DNA of 62,741 bases, filler included, from Stramenopiles sp. TOSAG23-2 (Eukaryota), in assembly GCA_900128395.1 (NCBI GenBank). It is 8 parts of 8 records of this genome, joined end to end, with 100 filler letters (N's around TTAATTAATTAA, not from the genome) between each part and the next. Parts side by side here need not be neighbours in the genome. Positions count along the whole stretch, not along the records: positions 1 to 26,473 come from LT649435.1; 7 more parts are not named here. One strand, 5' to 3'. Position numbers and translations under genes: made by a program. Below, in pieces: positions 11,104 through 21,237 of the stretch. Position 1 is the stretch's first letter. Each line of letters opens with the position of its first letter. Under the pieces are notes generated by a model that ran no database searches, was not told the DNA's origin, and worked only from the letters and a program-made list of their open reading frames with translations.

Positions 11104-11703
11104 CGTCAATCTGTCTTTCTACAACTCTAACTTGGGAAATATATATATATATTTTCAAAAGCCTATTTTGGTATTATTATAACCCGGCTAATGCTATCTT
11201 ACACTAAAGATAGACATTAGGGTATGGAAAATACCAAAAAAAAGCGAGTACACAGCATGGTATAATGGCACATAAGATCATCCGACAGCTTTAAATCCTT
11301 TTTTTCGCTATTATTTATATACTTGCAAGTATACTACTATTAACCAAGTTAGACGGACAGACGGAAGACGGATGACGGATGACGGACATTATATAGGCGA
11401 TAGTGACTAAGTATACTAAATCTTATCACTTAAAAATGATTGATTTTTCAACTCATATATACATAGAAATGGAATCTAATCGAACAAATATAAATCAATT
11501 CAAAATGAATTGATGCAAAGAACATGATACAACCCATTTATAAAATCAGTAACAACAACAACAACAACAATAATAACAATTATCTTTTACATAACACATA
11601 ACAATTATCTTTTGGATCCGGTTGAAATATTTGTGAAATAAATTTTGTTGATTTTACTAAGTGTTTATATGCTTCTTTTTCCATTTCTTCCATATCAATA
11701 ACA

Positions 11704-14700
11704 ATGCAAGTGGTGGATAAAAATAATTTGAAAACAACGGTGGGCAAAAAATTACCACCAAAACCGCCGGCACGATGGAAATTTAGTTTTTTATCTCCGT
11801 GGACAATGTTTACATTCTCTTGGGTTTCTTCATTATTGACATATGGAAATGCAACAACATTAACTCAAGAGGATTTGCCTGAATGTTACGACGAGGATAC
11901 TCCACCATTTTTATTTGATAAATTTACAAAATCATGGAAACAACAGTTAGATAAAAAAGATTTAAAAAAAGCGTCATTTACTTTAGCTGCTTATAATGCA
12001 TTTTCATGGTGGTATTGTATTTTTCTTCCTTGTAAAACAGCATGTTTAATTGCAGCAACGCAATTTTTAGGAGCATTAATTGATTTTTATGCCTCAACAA
12101 ATAAAGATTTTCAACATGGTTTATGGATAAGCATTGGCTTATGTTTGTCATCATATGGTGTCGTGACATTTCATCATATATATTTTTTTTATGCATGGAG
12201 AAGAGGCTTGCAATTGAGAATAGGTTCATTAACAATGGTATACAAAAATTTACTATCATTACGTTTGGAAAGTTTCAATAAAATAAGCACAGGACACATT
12301 GTCAATTTGGCATCTGCCGATATTGAACGATTGCAAATGGCTGGTATTTTTGCTCCATTTATCATATGGGCACCAACAGAAGCTACGATTATCTTCATTT
12401 TCATGTTTATTGAAGTTGGCATTGGAAGTATTGTAGGATTTGCAATTTTATTACTAGGAATTCCAATCACATCTTATTTTGGAAAGATTTTCGCCGAAGT
12501 GAGGACATATGCAGCTGAAAAAACTGATGAACGGAATAAAATTGTAAGAGAGATCATTGATGGAATTCGTGTCGTGAAAGGCAATGCATTCGAAGAAGCA
12601 TTTTTTTCAAGAACTAAAGCTATACGCACAGATGAAGTTGAGAAAGTACATAAAAGGGCGAGAATGTTAGCACTAAATGAAGGAATTTTTACATCCATGC
12701 CATGTTTGGTTTTATTAGCAACTTTTTTTGTTGCATCTGCCCTTGGTGAACATGTCACATCACGAAAGATTTTTGTAATGTTAAGCTTAGCAAATGTTAT
12801 ACAATTAAATTTAACAAAATTTTTCACATTTAGTGTTCAAAATGCTGCGGAAGGTTTAATTACATTTAAAAGATTAAAAGAATATTTGATATTATCTGAA
12901 AACGAGTCTATTAAAAATTTGAAAAGAAATACTGACAATCCAATTGTATTGATGGATGGTAAAAAAAATAGTATACAAGATGAAAGTGTTGCTGTTAAGT
13001 TTGATAATGCTTCCTTTAGTTATGGAGATGGTGATAATCAGGAAGGAAAAATACGACAAATGATATTAAACAATTTAAATTTTGAAGTGAAATCAAAGGA
13101 ATTAATTGGAATTTGTGGAAAGGTTGGAAGCGGTAAATCTTCTTTATTATTATCAATTTTAGGTGAAATGGTTTTAGAAAAAGGCAATGTCAATGGATTC
13201 TGCGCGACAGGAACTGCAAAACCAATTGGATATGCTGCACAAGAGCCGTGGATGCGAAGTGCAACCATTAAAGAAAATATTTTATTTGGTGGAAAAATGG
13301 ATGTGCAGCGATATAATGAAGTAATTAAAGCTTGTGCACTGGAAGATGATTTAAATTCGTTTGAACATGGAGATCTTACAATAATCGGCGAGAAAGGTAT
13401 TAATTTAAGTGGTGGACAAAAGGCGCGGGTTGCATTGGCAAGGGCGTGTTATCAAAAAAGCGATATTTTCTTATTGGATGATCCATTGAGTGCAGTTGAT
13501 ACAATTGTTGCAGAGCATTTGTTCAATCAATGTGTTGTAAACTTTTTAAAATCAACTACAAGAATTTTAGTCACGCATCAAGTGCAATTTTTACCGCAAT
13601 GTGATCGTGTAATTATATTAGATGATGAAAATGGGACAGTTAAGCACATTGGTGCATATAGTGAATTAGTAAATGCAGGTGTAGTGTTTCCAACCACTGA
13701 AAAAGGGGATGATTCAGAAGATGATAAGGAAGGTGAAGAGACAAGTAAATCGAATGCAGAACCAGAAAGCAACTATGCTAATAATTCCAAATTGAAAGAA
13801 AAGAAAGATTCAATTTCAATAGATGATAAGCCAGAAAAGAAGGAAAATGTTCAAGGCAAACAACAAGGTAAATCAGTAGTACAAAAAGAAGATTCGGAAA
13901 CAGGTGTAGTCAGATTAGATACATATGTACAATTTTTTGCGGCTGGCTTATCAAAAGTTGGAATTATATGCCTCGTATTATTAATGTTGACTACACAATT
14001 TAATTTTGTAATTGTTCCATATTGGGTCACACTATGGGCAAAGCAAACCGTTGAAGAGCAACAAAATCATCAATATTGGTTTGGTATTTTAGCAATCATT
14101 GGAGGATGTTTAATTTTACAAGCATTTTTACGTTCGATATTATTTTTCAAGTCATGTATTGATAGCAGCTACAATTTATTCAACAGAATGTTACGTTCTG
14201 TTTTGTACAGTCCAATTGGATTTTTCGATAGCAATCCATCTGGTAGAATTTTGAATAGGTTTTCCAGTGATACAGGTCAAGTTGATGATTTATTGCCTCC
14301 GGCATTTTATGATTTTGTAGCATTGTCAATTAGTGCCATTTCATACATTATTATAACTTTGATTGTTGTACCCTTTACTGGTATAGTTTTAATTCCTGTA
14401 ATAATAGTTTTCATACGTTTGCGAAAAAAGTTTTTGCAAAGCTCCAGAGAAGTGAAACGGTTGGAGGCATTGAGTCGCAGCCCTGTGTTTACACACATCT
14501 CAGAGAGTCTTTCAGGTTTAGTCACCGTGAGGGCGTTTAAGAAGTCAAAAGATTTTCAAACTGATTTCTTTAACAAACAATATACAAATGTGAAAGGATA
14601 TTTTGCATTTATTGCAGTAAATCGTTGGTTTGGTGCAAGGCTAGACATGATCAATATGTTTTACTTGACCATATTTATATTCATGGCCATATTGTTTCAA

Positions 14701-15744
14701 CGCTTTCACAATGAATTTGGAATGAATTCATTGGATGATGGCTTAGTTGGTATGTCTTTGACATATATTTTATCTTTATGCGATGTGTTTCAATGGTGTG
14801 TGCGTCAAAGTGCTGAAGTTGAAAATCTTATGGTATCGACTGAACGTATTTTAGCATACATCAAATTGCCAAGTGAACCACCACACAAAGTACCAAAAGA
14901 TGCTGTAGTGAAAAAGCAAAATTGGCCGCAAAAAGGAGAGTTGGAATTGAAAAATTTAAGCATACGATACCGAAAAGATTTGCCATACACATTAAATAAT
15001 ATATCTTGTAAAATACCATCTGGTGCATCAGTTGCAGTAGTTGGAAGAACTGCTGCCGGAAAAACCACATTGGTGCAAGCTCTATTGCGGTTGATAGAGC
15101 CAAATGGCCCAGTAAAAAATAATTTATTCGTCGATGGGATTGATTGTGGTGAATTGGGATTGAAATTATTGCGTGAAAACATTATGTTGATAAATCAATT
15201 GCCATGGTTGTATTCAGGTACACTACGAGAAAATTTAGATCCATTTAATGAGTACACGGATGAAAGGATGTGGAAATGTTTAGAAATGGCTAGTGTTTCA
15301 AAGCAATTTCGTAATTTAAATGGTTTAGACACTGTGTTGAGTGAATCTGGGGGCAATCTTTCTGTGGGAGAGAAACAATTAGTATGCCTTGCACGTAGCA
15401 TTTTAGGAGAAAATAAAATTTTTATTTTTGATGAGCCGACTGCCAATATTGATATTCACACAGATAGAATTATACAAAATGCCATTAGGGAAATGGATGT
15501 TTTGAAAGAAGCAACAATCATCACAATTGCACACCGACTAGCGACCATTATAGATTATGATTTAGTAATGGTGATGGAAAATGGAGAATTGATTCAATTT
15601 GGTGAACCACATTTAATTCTAACTGAAAAGACTGATATTGTGTCTAATAAATTTTTATCAATGGTGAATGCAACTGGGCCAGATTCGTCGGAATTTTTGA
15701 AACGAAAAGCGAAAGAGGCATATGAAGGGAGAAGGAAGAAATAA
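11704..15744 (+). CDS. ABC transporter subfamily C (MRP4-like, TMD-NBD-TMD-NBD)
   Basis: NBD1 GKVGSGKS, LSGGQKAR, LLDDPLSAVD; TMD2 FFDSNPSGRILNRFS; NBD2 GRTAAGKT, NLSVGEKQL, DEPTA, TIAHRL. Confidence 0.95.
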   Translation: MQVVDKNNLKTTVGKKLPPKPPARWKFSFLSPWTMFTFSWVSSLLTYGNATTLTQEDLPECYDEDTPPFLFDKFTKSWKQQLDKKDLKKASFTLAAYNAFSWWYCIFLPCKTACLIAATQFLGALIDFYASTNKDFQHGLWISIGLCLSSYGVVTFHHIYFFYAWRRGLQLRIGSLTMVYKNLLSLRLESFNKISTGHIVNLASADIERLQMAGIFAPFIIWAPTEATIIFIFMFIEVGIGSIVGFAILLLGIPITSYFGKIFAEVRTYAAEKTDERNKIVREIIDGIRVVKGNAFEEAFFSRTKAIRTDEVEKVHKRARMLALNEGIFTSMPCLVLLATFFVASALGEHVTSRKIFVMLSLANVIQLNLTKFFTFSVQNAAEGLITFKRLKEYLILSENESIKNLKRNTDNPIVLMDGKKNSIQDESVAVKFDNASFSYGDGDNQEGKIRQMILNNLNFEVKSKELIGICGKVGSGKSSLLLSILGEMVLEKGNVNGFCATGTAKPIGYAAQEPWMRSATIKENILFGGKMDVQRYNEVIKACALEDDLNSFEHGDLTIIGEKGINLSGGQKARVALARACYQKSDIFLLDDPLSAVDTIVAEHLFNQCVVNFLKSTTRILVTHQVQFLPQCDRVIILDDENGTVKHIGAYSELVNAGVVFPTTEKGDDSEDDKEGEETSKSNAEPESNYANNSKLKEKKDSISIDDKPEKKENVQGKQQGKSVVQKEDSETGVVRLDTYVQFFAAGLSKVGIICLVLLMLTTQFNFVIVPYWVTLWAKQTVEEQQNHQYWFGILAIIGGCLILQAFLRSILFFKSCIDSSYNLFNRMLRSVLYSPIGFFDSNPSGRILNRFSSDTGQVDDLLPPAFYDFVALSISAISYIIITLIVVPFTGIVLIPVIIVFIRLRKKFLQSSREVKRLEALSRSPVFTHISESLSGLVTVRAFKKSKDFQTDFFNKQYTNVKGYFAFIAVNRWFGARLDMINMFYLTIFIFMAILFQRFHNEFGMNSLDDGLVGMSLTYILSLCDVFQWCVRQSAEVENLMVSTERILAYIKLPSEPPHKVPKDAVVKKQNWPQKGELELKNLSIRYRKDLPYTLNNISCKIPSGASVAVVGRTAAGKTTLVQALLRLIEPNGPVKNNLFVDGIDCGELGLKLLRENIMLINQLPWLYSGTLRENLDPFNEYTDERMWKCLEMASVSKQFRNLNGLDTVLSESGGNLSVGEKQLVCLARSILGENKIFIFDEPTANIDIHTDRIIQNAIREMDVLKEATIITIAHRLATIIDYDLVMVMENGELIQFGEPHLILTEKTDIVSNKFLSMVNATGPDSSEFLKRKAKEAYEGRRKK

Positions 15745-16012
15745 AAAAACACTAGTACCATTTCGATTGATAAATGAACAAAAGAAAAAAAAAATTCGAG
15801 AAAAATTTTATATATGTGTGTGTACGAAGTATGATATAATGATATGTGTGTGCATATTATATTACGACAGTAAAAAATATCTAAAAATACAATATTTATT
15901 AAAAATATATCGGGTATATCATTAAACTATTAATATGATATATTAAATTATAAAATACTTCGTACACATGTGTGTGTACTAAATACAAATATTTCAAATT
16001 CCCATTTATCCA

Positions 16013-18562
16013 TCATGCATCTACGCGTGGTCCCCACAGTCTAACAGTTTTATCAGCACTACAACTAGCAAAAATTGGACGAGATGGATGCCACGTAGCT
16101 CGTAACACTTTATTTCTATGATCACTATATGTACTAACAATTCTACGTTCCCATATATCGCAATCAGTTACATTGATGGAATTATCAAATGAACTGGAAA
16201 GCAACCATCGTCCATCACTGGAATAATCAACACTACGACATTCAGCACCATGTGCCTGTATAGTCCAAGACAATCGTTGGGCGCGCAGATCCCAAACGTT
16301 TATACTACCATCTTTGTGCCCACTCGAGACTGTCCATGGACTCATTGGATTCGTGGACAATGATAAAATATCACTAGCAGATGGCAATTCACTACTAGCT
16401 TCTAAATCAGTATCGCCTCCAACATTGCCTCCAATATTTCCCATGACAGAGACACATGTACCAGAGCGTAAATCCCATAATCGTATAGTCTTGTCGGCAC
16501 CGGCACTAAGAACCATTCGATTTCCCTCTTCTCCTTCAATATCACAATTTAATGCATATATACAATTTGTATGGCCTTTCATTGTCAACAAACATTCATT
16601 ATCCTCACTTGCTACGGAGACATCCCACACTCTAAGATGGAAATCCCCCGCTCCGCCAGAAACAAGTCGTGTGCTATCGCCGCAAAACGATACGTCTCTC
16701 ACCGTACCCTCATGACCAACAAATGTTATCATCCCATGCTCTTTCAAATTCGTCGGTGGTGGCTCATAATCCTCTTCCTCTTCATCATCATTATCATCTG
16801 TTTTTCTACTACCACGTGCACGCCGATCAAGATGACTACTGCCTAAACGAACAACTTTAACGGTCATGTCATTGGAAGCTGTTGCTATTAGTTTACCATC
16901 CTTGCTAAACGATGTTGCATATACGGAACCTAAATGCAAATCATCAAATACTTCAATGGTCTTTAATTTTAAATTAGCGGATATAGATCTATTCAATACT
17001 TTTGCAATCTGATCAAATTGCGATACACTTGGGACTGCGCATATTTTCAATGCACAACCATTCGTGCCAATAGCCAATGTTTTACCATCTGGTGAAAAAT
17101 TGACAGTGCGTATTGGTTGTGCTTCTGTGCATTGTGCCATACATTGCAATTTACGAACTCTTGAACTATCTAATGGGCCCTCCCGTTCACGCGGTTCTAC
17201 TGGCTTTTGTTTCTGTACAACTATTTCTTCTTCTTCGTCTTTCACTCCTTCTTCTTCCTTTTTCATATCATCATCCTCTTTTTGACTAAAATCAGTACTT
17301 TGACTTATTACTTCTTTCACTTTCATCGTATTAGTATTACGTTCTTGACTTTTGCCTTCCACGCTCCTGTTTGTGTCGCTCGCATCACTATTCATTTTTC
17401 CTTCATTTAAGTTGTTATTGTCATCTTCATCTTGGATATTTTTAACAATTTGATCTACATCGACTTCTTTCCCTTCTTGCTCATTTGATATTTCCCATTT
17501 TTGTGCTTTTTTATATTTCGTATTCGATTTCAATGGCAAAGGTTCTCTTGGTTTACCATATTCATCTACCATTTTTTTCACTTTGGATATTTCATGATGT
17601 GTTAAGCGACTGCTGCCATTTCCCCAGCCCCATGAACTACGCAATGGTTGCCCAGCTGTTGCACGGCCTGCATTTTTACTCGTAAGAGAAACATTATTTA
17701 TACGCGGGGATGCTTGTGGGCCTAATAAATTAGCACCTTCAATAACAACACCTGGTACAGGCAACGCTTTTCCAGTTAAACCACCAACACCTAATTTTCG
17801 TTGCATATGTCTCATGACATTTCCAGGAACTAATTTTGGCTCACCATGTTGTCTGCGACCAGGTGGACCAACTTGTTTGCCATTTGCGTCTAAAGGACGA
17901 AATGCTGGAGATAATACATCGAAGTGTATTGGGTTTGGTAATGTTGTTGTGGATGTTGCTGCCATGTAAAGACTTGCTTGGTATAGTGCACTTTGTTGAA
18001 GTAAAGTTATTAAATGATTTGGCTCCACACGAGCTGCTGCATCGCGTTGTGCCATCCATTCACCAGCAAAGACACGATCAAATAAAGAACGCACTGCCGT
18101 AAAACATTCTAAACGACCTTGGTATGGCGTCCACGAGGCATAGTCTGGATGATCATTCAAGGTTTCAAGTGTTAAACAATAACATAACTTGTTAAACTCT
18201 TCTTTCGAACAACGTCCTTCCAGCTGTTTCAAACCATCTGTTAAAGCATCAACAGCACCTGCTTGATCTCTACCATCAACTAATTCTAAAAAGCGTTGTT
18301 TGCGTATTTCAAACATAACACGTTGAAAATCAAAATCATTCTCTTGACTCTTCTTCTCCAACGGACTGACAAAATTTTCAGCATCATCCCATTGCCCATC
18401 TAATATTAAATTTCGTAAAAAGTCCATATCGTTCCCATAATTATCAACTGTAAGACCACTTTCATGTTCTAAACACCTCATTGATTCAATATATCCATTT
18501 GTCTTTAAAAAATCCAACACGGTCAGGAGTATATCCTGTTTTTTCAAATGTATCTTCACCAT
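16013..18562 (-). CDS. WDR47: WD repeat-containing protein 47 homolog (LisH/CTLH + WD40)
   Basis: N-terminal VLDFL..SMRCLEHESG..DMDFLRNLILDGQWDD matches the WDR47 LisH/CTLH pattern; multiple C-terminal WD40 repeats. Confidence 0.85.
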   Translation of the reverse strand: MVKIHLKKQDILLTVLDFLKTNGYIESMRCLEHESGLTVDNYGNDMDFLRNLILDGQWDDAENFVSPLEKKSQENDFDFQRVMFEIRKQRFLELVDGRDQAGAVDALTDGLKQLEGRCSKEEFNKLCYCLTLETLNDHPDYASWTPYQGRLECFTAVRSLFDRVFAGEWMAQRDAAARVEPNHLITLLQQSALYQASLYMAATSTTTLPNPIHFDVLSPAFRPLDANGKQVGPPGRRQHGEPKLVPGNVMRHMQRKLGVGGLTGKALPVPGVVIEGANLLGPQASPRINNVSLTSKNAGRATAGQPLRSSWGWGNGSSRLTHHEISKVKKMVDEYGKPREPLPLKSNTKYKKAQKWEISNEQEGKEVDVDQIVKNIQDEDDNNNLNEGKMNSDASDTNRSVEGKSQERNTNTMKVKEVISQSTDFSQKEDDDMKKEEEGVKDEEEEIVVQKQKPVEPREREGPLDSSRVRKLQCMAQCTEAQPIRTVNFSPDGKTLAIGTNGCALKICAVPSVSQFDQIAKVLNRSISANLKLKTIEVFDDLHLGSVYATSFSKDGKLIATASNDMTVKVVRLGSSHLDRRARGSRKTDDNDDEEEEDYEPPPTNLKEHGMITFVGHEGTVRDVSFCGDSTRLVSGGAGDFHLRVWDVSVASEDNECLLTMKGHTNCIYALNCDIEGEEGNRMVLSAGADKTIRLWDLRSGTCVSVMGNIGGNVGGDTDLEASSELPSASDILSLSTNPMSPWTVSSGHKDGSINVWDLRAQRLSWTIQAHGAECRSVDYSSDGRWLLSSSFDNSINVTDCDIWERRIVSTYSDHRNKVLRATWHPSRPIFASCSADKTVRLWGPRVDA

Positions 18563-18730
18563 CGTCGCTATATATATATATACTATGATGATAAGAACAA
18601 TAGAATTGCTGTTTCTTCTCTTTTTTTTTGAAGTACGTCCTAATTACAAATTTCTCTCTCTCTGTATTTACATTTTCATTTTTTGTTTTTTTGAATTGCA
18701 TATAACTGTTTTGCAATTGCTTTTCAATTT

Positions 18731-19750
18731 CAAAATATATGGCAAGATAGGGAAATACGATTTGATGTATCACCATCTTTATTAAGAACTAGACGTGGGG
18801 AAGTTGAAATTGATTCCATTAACAGTGTAGAGGATACAAAAGGAAATAATGGGCAGAAAGGTTTTTTAGTCGTGACAAACTTACGGTTAATATGGTGCAG
18901 CCATACGAATGCCGAAACAAATTTGAGCATTGGTTATAATTGTATGACTGGCATATCTATTAAAAATGCAAAGTCAAAGTTAAAAGGTTCACAACAAGCT
19001 TTATATATTTTATCTAAATTTAAAAAAGGACGTTATGAATTTGTATTTACAAGTTTAGTAAATAAAAGTCCACGGTTATTTACTACTGTGCAAGCTGTGG
19101 TGCGTGCATACGAAACTAGTAAAACATATCGAGATTTGAAGTTGCGCGCAGCTATCATTCGAGATCATCAATTGGTACAAGTGCCCGATGAACAAATTTA
19201 CAACCATGAGCAAGGCGTATGGAATTTAAGTTCAGACCAAGGAAATCTAGGTGCATTTTTCATCACTAATATAAGAGTAGTATGGCATGCACGTCTATCC
19301 CCTAACTTTAATGTTAGTCTTCCATACTTACAAATTAAATCACTGACAGTTCGTAAATCCAAATTTGGTATGGCTTTAGTCCTCGAAACCAGGCCAGAGG
19401 CAGGTGGTTATTTACTTGGCTTCAGAGTTGATCCAGAAGACCGATTAAATAATATATTTCGTGCTATCACCAGTTTATATCGTGTGTATGCTGCAAAACC
19501 AAATTTTGGAATACGTTTCGAAGTTGAAGAGAAACCAAAAACTCCATTAGACAATTTAGCTGAACGAGTGGAAGACAACATTGAAATTGTAGATCATGCT
19601 GATGAAGCAATGGAATCATTATCAGCATATTATGCAGATCATGGCGGTCAAGCATCGAATAAAGAGATTGTATATAATGAAGATTTAGGCTTAGCAATAG
19701 AAAAATTACCAGATGGATTTACTCCACAAAATTTGTGGTTGTTGTATTGA
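18731..19750 (+). CDS. BBS5: Bardet-Biedl syndrome 5 protein (BBSome subunit); start codon unresolved
   Basis: The frame extends upstream of the listed ORF to WQDREIRFD..VEDTKGNNG..VTNLRLIW; also GVWNLSSDQGNLG, GGYLLGFRVDP and LGLAIEKLPDG. Confidence 0.93.
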   Translation, partial: QNIWQDREIRFDVSPSLLRTRRGEVEIDSINSVEDTKGNNGQKGFLVVTNLRLIWCSHTNAETNLSIGYNCMTGISIKNAKSKLKGSQQALYILSKFKKGRYEFVFTSLVNKSPRLFTTVQAVVRAYETSKTYRDLKLRAAIIRDHQLVQVPDEQIYNHEQGVWNLSSDQGNLGAFFITNIRVVWHARLSPNFNVSLPYLQIKSLTVRKSKFGMALVLETRPEAGGYLLGFRVDPEDRLNNIFRAITSLYRVYAAKPNFGIRFEVEEKPKTPLDNLAERVEDNIEIVDHADEAMESLSAYYADHGGQASNKEIVYNEDLGLAIEKLPDGFTPQNLWLLY

Positions 19751-19856
19751 ACACGAGAGGGAAATATGGAACAATAATAAAAATATGATATCATTAAAAG
19801 ATTTACACATATTTATTCGTATATAAAGTACACACATATTACTCGTATTATATTCA

Positions 19857-21152
19857 TCATTCGCCACACCATATTTTTAAAGGTGGCTCTTTACCATAAC
19901 TATAATAGTTCAAATAACAATTTCTTGTTCTATCATCATCATTATTATTATTATTATCAGAAGACCGACGACCAAAGTTTGATAAAAAAAACTTATCCTT
20001 CCTTATTTCTGCTGATATTTCTTCTTTAGATAAATTTTTAACAACTTGATTGGTTTTAATATCGATAACTTTTTCATCACTAGTAGTAGTATGCATTAAC
20101 TTATACCTATACATTTGATCTAACTCAATATTATTATTATAAAATGAACTATTTTCAAATACATCATACATAGAATTGTATTTATCTCTTATGTATTTTT
20201 CATAAGATATATTTGTTTTTTCATATATTTCACAAATCATTTCCTCGGAATTTAATTTAGGTGCATTATCAATTGATATATTTAATTCTGAAAATTTTGT
20301 TAATGTATCCAACACATATTCAAGAACAAAGCATCTACCAGGCATGAAATGACTTGTATTGCAATTCCATCTATCCGGTTCCACAAATGGGAGAAAAATA
20401 AATTGCAAATGAAGTTGAAATTGACTTGGAGGTAAATTAAAGCAACAGACGAAATGCTTTCGAAATTGCTCAGAAAAATTAGCAGACGAAGATGATGTTG
20501 TTGTTGTCGCTGCCGTTGTCATCGTCGTGGTGGTGGAGCCTTCATAAAAATATTTTTTTATTTCATCATTTTTTGATAAAAATTGTGTTTGAAAAATTTT
20601 AATTCCTAGGGATACCATGCGATTCACAAGTTTTAAACCTTCTTTTGGATGTTTATATAAATGTCTTACATCAGGTACATAAAAATTAGTTGGGACAATT
20701 AGCAAATGACATAAAGACATTGCATTCAAATCATCCATAACAATAAATTCTTCAGATTCATATCGTAAACTTATTGATAAAGGTCTATTACTATTGAATT
20801 TTTCAACACTACAAATAAAAAGGGTAAAAACGTTCGGTGTATAGCTGCATTCTATTTGCCGTATATCATGACCACAACCATTACATTGAACCATTGTCTC
20901 CCCACACGATTTTAAGCACTTCGGGCATTTTTTAACACGGTTTTTTAATTGCTTGTCTATCATTGCTTTAGAATTTTCATTATTATTATTTTCAATATAT
21001 ATATTTTTGAAATCTTCAAACGTACATTTGAATTTGGCAACAGCAGTTCCAAGATTTTCTGGAGTATCAACGGCATATAATGGTTTCTTTCCAATATAAC
21101 CAAATCTAGAAAAATTTATCTTTGGTGGTGGCATGGTTGGTATCGAAGCCAT
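19857..21152 (-). CDS. HIT-fold (aprataxin/DcpS C-terminal-like) protein with an N-terminal CxxC..CxxC zinc ribbon
   Basis: CPKC..CNGC; FIVMDD..SLCHLLIVP; FNLPPSQFQLHLQF resembles the FHxPPSxxHLHLH HIT signature. Confidence 0.6.
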   Translation of the reverse strand: MASIPTMPPPKINFSRFGYIGKKPLYAVDTPENLGTAVAKFKCTFEDFKNIYIENNNNENSKAMIDKQLKNRVKKCPKCLKSCGETMVQCNGCGHDIRQIECSYTPNVFTLFICSVEKFNSNRPLSISLRYESEEFIVMDDLNAMSLCHLLIVPTNFYVPDVRHLYKHPKEGLKLVNRMVSLGIKIFQTQFLSKNDEIKKYFYEGSTTTTMTTAATTTTSSSSANFSEQFRKHFVCCFNLPPSQFQLHLQFIFLPFVEPDRWNCNTSHFMPGRCFVLEYVLDTLTKFSELNISIDNAPKLNSEEMICEIYEKTNISYEKYIRDKYNSMYDVFENSSFYNNNIELDQMYRYKLMHTTTSDEKVIDIKTNQVVKNLSKEEISAEIRKDKFFLSNFGRRSSDNNNNNDDDRTRNCYLNYYSYGKEPPLKIWCGE

Positions 21153-21237
21153 GTTTATTTCGTTAACGTGAGCCGTTGTAAATTGCTACGACAAATATTT
21201 CTTGGTTATAAATCTTACAACAACATCATCACTTTTT

